Assembly (NCBI GenBank): GCA_964645485.1
Contig: CAZXZO010000004.1
Location: 98,452-109,893, forward strand
DNA length: 11,442 nucleotides
Origin: an uncultured Candidatus Poseidoniales archaeon
GTDB lineage: Archaea; Thermoplasmatota; Poseidoniia; Poseidoniales; Thalassarchaeaceae
Direction of reading: 5' to 3'
Translations under genes and position numbers: made by a program
Notes under the pieces: model-generated
The model's database searches: none
The model's input: only the letters and a program-made list of their open reading frames with translations
Told to the model about the DNA's origin: nothing
In this document: in pieces, positions 6,641-11,442 of the stretch
Position numbering within the stretch: position 1 is the stretch's first letter
Layout of the letters: every line of letters starts with the position of its first letter

Positions 6641-7543
6641 TCATCGCCTCCAAACATTTCTACAAATTACGCACCTTAAGCGACCATCTGGTGCTCTCTC
6701 AACTTCATCGGAGTCACAGTCAGGACAAACAGAGCCGGCCATAGGTGCGGCAATTGAAGATTGATTTCTTTCATTTTTCTTTTCAGTTCCAAATTTTTTC
6801 CTTGGTCCATCTCGACTTCTCTTTTTCTTCTTTGAAGAATCTGACCCACTCGCATCTTCCAATTCTTTTAGCAGAGGTTCAGGTAGTGTCTCACCACTAA
6901 GTACGATTGGATGATTCCGATAGCGAAGTAATTTGATGTGTCTATCCACAACACGTCCCAAAGGAGCGGATGTCGTGATATACGTAGCAATCCAAGCAGG
7001 GAAAATAATTACTTTATCATCGATTAAGTTCCATTCCGTGCGCCAAGGTAAACTTACGTAATCGATTCGGAATGACTCTACATTCAATGCCATCCATGAG
7101 AAGATGGCAATAATGAATACAAATGTAAACATCATTGGTTTCATCATTGAATTTTGTAATTTCATTTGTTCGGGCATCAATCGCTGTTGTAGTTTCTGGA
7201 TTTTTTCCATCCTAACCTTATCTCGGTCCATTCTCGCTTCATTCAACAACTTGCGAATTTGTTTGTTTCGGTGAGCTAGGTGTGCTTGCTTCATAGGGTC
7301 CATGAAAAAAGACCGGAATACGGTATTTACAACCATTATTGATGAGCCGAGCAAGGTCACAGTTAACACGAACCAACGGTCGGAAAATGGCACCATTGGA
7401 GTCAGTATTGAATCAGCACTGCTTGCAAGGTATGTCCTAATTGTCGGGTTGATAATGAGCACGGACATCATTACAAGAAGCACCAGTGGGGTCATCATCG
7501 AGCCTAGACCCGGCAATTCCTCACCCTGGTCACCATCTGCCAT
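6641..7543 (-). CDS. EMC3/TMCO1 family (DUF106, Oxa1-superfamily) membrane insertase-like protein with a C-terminal basic linker and Zn ribbon
   Basis: TM - Met/Lys/Gln-rich coiled coil (DPMKQAH..QKLQQRLMPEQMKLQ) - MMKPMMFTF TM - PAWIATYITTS TM; directly upstream of cmk; start moved from 7570 to ATG 7543 because 7570 falls inside the TATA-like element. Confidence 0.88.
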   Translation of the reverse strand: MADGDQGEELPGLGSMMTPLVLLVMMSVLIINPTIRTYLASSADSILTPMVPFSDRWFVLTVTLLGSSIMVVNTVFRSFFMDPMKQAHLAHRNKQIRKLLNEARMDRDKVRMEKIQKLQQRLMPEQMKLQNSMMKPMMFTFVFIIAIFSWMALNVESFRIDYVSLPWRTEWNLIDDKVIIFPAWIATYITTSAPLGRVVDRHIKLLRYRNHPIVLSGETLPEPLLKELEDASGSDSSKKKKRSRDGPRKKFGTEKKNERNQSSIAAPMAGSVCPDCDSDEVERAPDGRLRCVICRNVWRR

Positions 7544-7567
7544 GTTGCGTTGGCCACGCCCTAATCG

Positions 7568-7576
7568 CATGAACCC
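7568..7576 (-). promoter_or_regulatory. TATA-like element (GGGTTCATG) for the DUF106-cmk-cbf5 operon
   Basis: TTCA starts at 7573, 30 nt upstream of ATG 7543. Confidence 0.4.
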
Positions 7577-7642
7577 TTCGTTTGGCTCATCTCAACTTTG
7601 TTCAGAATTACGAGTAAAATGAGAGTGTCAGGTGTGCGGTAG

Positions 7643-7660
7643 TTTTGAGTGAGGTACCTC
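7643..7660 (+). promoter_or_regulatory. TATA-like element (TTTTGAGT) followed by a perfect 10-bp palindrome GAGGTACCTC
   Basis: TTGA at 7645, 26 nt before ATG 7671; palindrome at 7651-7660. Confidence 0.35.
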
Positions 7661-7670
7661 GTTTGGCTAA

Positions 7671-8537
7671 ATGAATATCGTGTCTAGCCCCGAGGAGGTT
7701 CTTGCGACAGTGCGCCAAGCAATGGCCTCTGGAGACTTTGAAACAGCCGAAGTTGAGTTAAAGGGAGCAAGAAAGAGATGGAAAAATGAACCGGAGTTTG
7801 CTGTACGACACGGAAATGTTCTGGTAAAACTTGGTGAACATGGACAGGCACTCAAAGTCTATAGAAAAGTGATGAAAAAAGCCCCTGAGCGATTAGATGC
7901 TTGTGTTGGGGCTGCAGAATGTGCTATCCAGACAGGAAAAGGGAGACTTGCTGAAAAGTTGTATTCGCGAAGTATTGGGCTTGGATATAGTCTAGATAAT
8001 GCAACTTTAGGAGTCGCTCGCTCATTAGTCCTACGTTCACAACATCATCTTGCTTGGGAAAAGGCGATTTTACAATTTAAATCATCAGGCAACAAATCAC
8101 AAGGATTACATGAATTCTTGCAAGAGATATCACCTCAAACAGGGCTCAGTGTCCCGATTTTAGATCAGTTCGATACTGATATTATAGATGAAAAAATTGA
8201 GGGTGTGCGCAGAGACAATAGTGACCCAAGACTGATTGAAAATTCATTTGCAGCTGGTTCATTAGAGGCAATGGCTGGTGTTGATCGTGATACTTTGGTT
8301 GAGCCCAGTGAGTTGCTTTCAGATGATTTATTGGCAGCAAGTTCCAGTGGGGGCACATCTCTTGGAATTGATTTGTCCGCTCTACAGGAACAAAGTGAGG
8401 TTACACCTGTTGCCCCACCAGATACTCCTATTGTAAGTCGAGATTCGGTTGCCCCACCTGTAGTTGATATAGATTTGAGCACGGATGACAAAACCACAAA
8501 TGATGATGATTTGTTTGATGGATGGCCGGATATTTAA
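7671..8537 (+). CDS. Tetratricopeptide repeat protein with a disordered acidic C-terminal tail
   Basis: About four TPR-like helical hairpins (e.g. HGNVLVKLGEHGQALKVYRKVMKKAP; AAECAIQTGKGRLAEKLYSRSIGLG) in aa 1-155, then a low-complexity D/E/S/P tail ending DDDLFDGWPDI; no signal peptide. Confidence 0.85.
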   Translation: MNIVSSPEEVLATVRQAMASGDFETAEVELKGARKRWKNEPEFAVRHGNVLVKLGEHGQALKVYRKVMKKAPERLDACVGAAECAIQTGKGRLAEKLYSRSIGLGYSLDNATLGVARSLVLRSQHHLAWEKAILQFKSSGNKSQGLHEFLQEISPQTGLSVPILDQFDTDIIDEKIEGVRRDNSDPRLIENSFAAGSLEAMAGVDRDTLVEPSELLSDDLLAASSSGGTSLGIDLSALQEQSEVTPVAPPDTPIVSRDSVAPPVVDIDLSTDDKTTNDDDLFDGWPDI

Positions 8538-8588
8538 TTCACATAATTTTGGCAGTAATGCACAGCCTTGTTACAGGTGATTTAGCAA

Positions 8589-8654
8589 TTGCTCAGTATT
8601 TTTCCAGCGGTAGTTTTGCCTGCAATTATCATCGCATTGGCCATTATCCGATAA
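8589..8654 (+). CDS. Candidate 21-aa single-TM microprotein MLSIFPAVVLPAIIIALAIIR
   Basis: TTG start 7 nt after the archaeal SD AGGTGAT (8575-8581); almost entirely hydrophobic with a terminal Arg; lies in the spacer between convergent genes. Confidence 0.3.
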   Translation: MLSIFPAVVLPAIIIALAIIR

Positions 8655-8715
8655 TCTCGAAACGTTGCCGTCAATGCTCAAATCCTAGAGCATGGCTCTT
8701 GGAATTAATCTGATT

Positions 8716-11442
8716 TTATTCGAAATCAAATGAACATGTTGAGCAGACATTTGCCCCTGGTGCATTTTCTGAACTGCAAATTGGGCACACTTGTGCACCT
8801 GCCTCACTAGGTTCTGATTCATCAGCTTCTTCAGAATCTTCTGCCTCTTCGCTATCTTGAGAGTCATCACCGGTAATCTGAGCAAGTGCAGCATCCATTG
8901 TTGCGTCACTGTCATCTGAATCATCGGAAGAATCCTCATCAGATTCAGTCTCATCTCCATCATCAGATTCTTCGCTGTCGGATTCATCCTCATCTTCGGA
9001 GTCATCTTCAGATTCATCGTCATCTTCAGATTCAGCAGAATCCGATTCTTCCTCATCTTCGGAGTCATCTTCAGATTCAGCCTCATCTTCTTCACCGTCT
9101 TCCTCAACAGATTCTTCTTCAGGAGTTTCCTCTTCAACCTCTTCTGGCTCTGCTTCTGGTTCAGCTATTGGTAGGTCAACATCTAATTCATCTCCGAAAG
9201 TTGCTCCGTGGAATTCTTGTGCATCACTTACTTTGTATTCTGCGCCTGCATCACCTACCAACTCGTAAATGACTTCAATTCGCTCATCTTTTTCAATGAC
9301 TGGAATGTGCCAACTGACTTTGATACCATCTTCATCGTCTGCCTTTTCCATTTCAGCTTCTCTTACCCCTGAATCACTTCGGATGTTGTATCCCTTGATT
9401 TCAAAGTCACTTGGGACGATATCGTGTATCATCAAATCTTGTAATGCAGAGTCTGAACGGTTTTGGAACATAATGAGAACTTCATACCTGCCCGACCCTC
9501 CAGCGGGGAATACTTCTTTGCCAGTACTGAATTTTCTTCTCTTGTGAATAATTCTGATTGAAGGAACGGCTGTTAACAATCGAGTTGCAACTGGGCCATA
9601 TCGTTCTGCACTGAAGTCAGACCTAAGTGGTGCTGCAACTGTGTCATTATCTGGAGATGGGTCTGGGGCAACAAGCGGATAAGAAATAGTCATTTCTTGA
9701 CCCGGTTCAAGACCAATTGGCCCCTTGGTTCCAATCGTAATTAGCATAGTGTGTCCAGCTCCATCAGGGCTCAAGGCTTGTTCTTCTAGAGTTACACCTT
9801 CTCTCACTTCAATTCTGAATTGGTCACTAACTAACTCATTCCCATCAATAGTGCATGTTACCTGTTCAGTATCAGGGCTGTTGAAAATCCCCGGTACATC
9901 ATCGGTTAGTCGCATCAAATTGATTGTCGCGGTTCCAGTGTTTTTGATTGATATTTCAGCTTCAACATTTGCTTCTCTGTATGTTCTAAGGATTTCTGTA
10001 GAGTACGACTTGTTTACCTCTGCCTCTAGCACTTTAATGACATATTGTTCTAGTTCAATTGAACCTTCAGTTGAATGTGTTACACGAGGAATTACGGTAA
10101 ATCCAAGTTCTTGATTGAAATTTGGTTCTTCAGTTGCTGGAACTATCACTACATCGCTTTCCCAGCGGCCATCAGGGTGAACATCTTTCTCAACATCTGT
10201 GATATCGAACAAGAGGTTGTCTGATCCTGCTTGCTTAACTTGTAATTTCACAAGGTCTACAGCGAATGATGAACGGTTTTCGAAAACCGCTTGACAACGC
10301 CAATTATCTGGCCGTTCATCCTCGTCAACATCCATGTAACTAAATCCTCGGCAGAATGCATCAAGTTCAACTATTGACATCCCTGAGAGAGTGGCTTCTG
10401 CGGTGTATGTGGCACTGGTCATCCCAGCAGAGACTTCGTCAATTACATCTGTAACTAGGTCTGCAGTTAGAGGAAGCGTCCTTTTTCCACCAGGTGAAAG
10501 TGAGGTTACAGTCCAAGTAAGGTTTTTCTTAGAAACCGAATAGTTTTCTCCTTCACTAGTTATGGTCATCTGAGCAGGTATTTCCCTTGTGACTACAATA
10601 TCGTTAAGGTCTACGGGCCCAACATTTTCAACTTCTAATTCAAGGGTGATTCCTAGGGCCTCATCAGAACAAACAGCTGAAGTGCTCATCTCTTGATTAC
10701 GGTCTGGTTTTGTATCAAACCGTTCCCTCACGCTTAGCATGACGGGTCCTGAAACTGAGTAGTCCATCGTGTGGTCATTTCCAGCATCCAATTCTTGTAA
10801 AGGCATATGTCCATTTTCAACATCAGTTGAATTCAACTTATTCAAGAATATGTCAATATCCCACAGGCGGTCTTTCTCGCTTGGATTATTTATGGTTAGT
10901 AAACCATTAACATTCTGTTCAACAACGTCTCCACCTACGGTTTGAGTAGATGATTCAATTTCATGAAGAGAACCCTCGAGTTTGTCTCCCGGTATCTGGT
11001 CAACAACATCCAATGTTCGGATTTCTGCTCCAGCATGGATTGCTTCTTCCTGCTGTTCTTCGACTGTTTCTTCCACTTCTGGTTCAACAGATTGATCTTC
11101 TTCCACGGCTTGTTCAGCAACTTCTGAATTGTCACTAAGCGAGTCAGGGCTCATCAATAGGTCAATTTCTGGAGTTTGTTCTGTTGATTCTTCTTCAGTG
11201 GTTTCTTCTTCTGAAACCTCGAGCAGATTTAGACTAGATGCTGCAGAATCTAGCAGAGCATCTGTCTCTTCAACAGATTCATCTTCGCTATCATCAACTT
11301 CAATTGGTAAGTCGCCTAGCAAATCGGCTGCATTCAGGAGATTGCCAGAGTCTGCCTCTGATGTATCATCATCTCCGGCTTCCATTCCAGGTGGTGCCGG
11401 TGGTGGAGGTGGTGCATCCATTCCAGGTGGAGCAGGTGGTGC
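8716..11442 (-). CDS. Large acidic multi-beta-sandwich protein, 5'-partial: Pro-rich/acidic linker, putative mu-homology domain, DUF11/ear-like Ig domains, D/E tract, C-terminal Zn ribbon
   Basis: Frame is open from the window edge (APPAPPG precedes the track's Met at 11421) to TAA 8716; repeated N.[GS]...[LI].D..[VI].[RD].[IV]P and W.[IV]..[LI] strands; C-terminal CPIC-x10-CSTC. Coding status is secure; domain names are by-eye inference. Confidence 0.9.
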   Translation of the reverse strand, partial: APPAPPGMDAPPPPPAPPGMEAGDDDTSEADSGNLLNAADLLGDLPIEVDDSEDESVEETDALLDSAASSLNLLEVSEEETTEEESTEQTPEIDLLMSPDSLSDNSEVAEQAVEEDQSVEPEVEETVEEQQEEAIHAGAEIRTLDVVDQIPGDKLEGSLHEIESSTQTVGGDVVEQNVNGLLTINNPSEKDRLWDIDIFLNKLNSTDVENGHMPLQELDAGNDHTMDYSVSGPVMLSVRERFDTKPDRNQEMSTSAVCSDEALGITLELEVENVGPVDLNDIVVTREIPAQMTITSEGENYSVSKKNLTWTVTSLSPGGKRTLPLTADLVTDVIDEVSAGMTSATYTAEATLSGMSIVELDAFCRGFSYMDVDEDERPDNWRCQAVFENRSSFAVDLVKLQVKQAGSDNLLFDITDVEKDVHPDGRWESDVVIVPATEEPNFNQELGFTVIPRVTHSTEGSIELEQYVIKVLEAEVNKSYSTEILRTYREANVEAEISIKNTGTATINLMRLTDDVPGIFNSPDTEQVTCTIDGNELVSDQFRIEVREGVTLEEQALSPDGAGHTMLITIGTKGPIGLEPGQEMTISYPLVAPDPSPDNDTVAAPLRSDFSAERYGPVATRLLTAVPSIRIIHKRRKFSTGKEVFPAGGSGRYEVLIMFQNRSDSALQDLMIHDIVPSDFEIKGYNIRSDSGVREAEMEKADDEDGIKVSWHIPVIEKDERIEVIYELVGDAGAEYKVSDAQEFHGATFGDELDVDLPIAEPEAEPEEVEEETPEEESVEEDGEEDEAESEDDSEDEEESDSAESEDDDESEDDSEDEDESDSEESDDGDETESDEDSSDDSDDSDATMDAALAQITGDDSQDSEEAEDSEEADESEPSEAGAQVCPICSSENAPGANVCSTCSFDFE
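8987..9079. repeat. Intragenic direct repeats encoding the ESEDDSEDE tract
   Basis: 30-nt tcctcatcttcggagtcatcttcagattca at 8987-9016 and 9050-9079; the 16-nt core gtcatcttcagattca also at 9019-9034. Confidence 0.85.
11381..11442. repeat. Intragenic 36-nt-period repeat encoding polyproline units (PPAPPGM)
   Basis: tccattccaggtgg at 11381-11394 and 11417-11430; continues to the window edge. Confidence 0.7.

Noticed and set aside
7544-7570. N-terminal MRLGRGQRN extension of DUF106, resembling a twin-arginine or basic leader
   Set aside because: ATG 7570 lies inside the TATA-like element; ATG 7543 fits the ~29-nt spacing seen at the other promoters
8522-8713. 63-aa plus-strand ORF with a CxxH-x11-CxxC pattern
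   Set aside because: It overlaps the TPR gene end, has no SD at either ATG and no recognisable family, and it competes with the better-supported 21-aa TM ORF in another frame
341-11138. The many short antisense or alternate-frame ORFs in the track (e.g. 341-595, 5383-5619, 7302-7622, 8685-9137, 8886-9272, 9725-10114)
   Set aside because: All are shadows of well-supported genes or of low-complexity tracts, with no motifs or translation signals of their own

Overview
Archaeal chromosomal window, most likely Marine Group II / Ca. Poseidoniales (Thermoplasmatota). This placement is inferred from gene content, not from a database match. Left to right: an archaeosortase/exosortase-family gene with an extra C-terminal membrane hairpin (-); a divergent tusA-like + ribA (GTP cyclohydrolase II) pair (+); tRNA-His(GUG) (-); a large secreted cadherin-like/CARDB surface glycoprotein with a C-terminal TM + basic tail (+); a 417-bp intergenic region with a GC-rich structured patch; the conserved DUF106 (EMC3/TMCO1-like)-cmk-cbf5 operon (-), whose DUF106 carries an unusual Zn-ribbon tail; a TPR protein with an acidic tail (+); and a 5'-truncated >900-aa acidic protein (-). 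The best candidate for an undescribed system is that last protein. Aligned by eye to recalled AP-2 mu2 and delta-COP sequences, it shows the conserved blocks of a eukaryotic mu-homology (vesicle coat adaptor) domain in the correct order. These are preceded by a polyproline/dileucine linker and followed by ear-like Ig domains. It faces a TPR protein that ends in an acidic FxxW motif. No integrase, transposase, cas gene or CRISPR array is visible.
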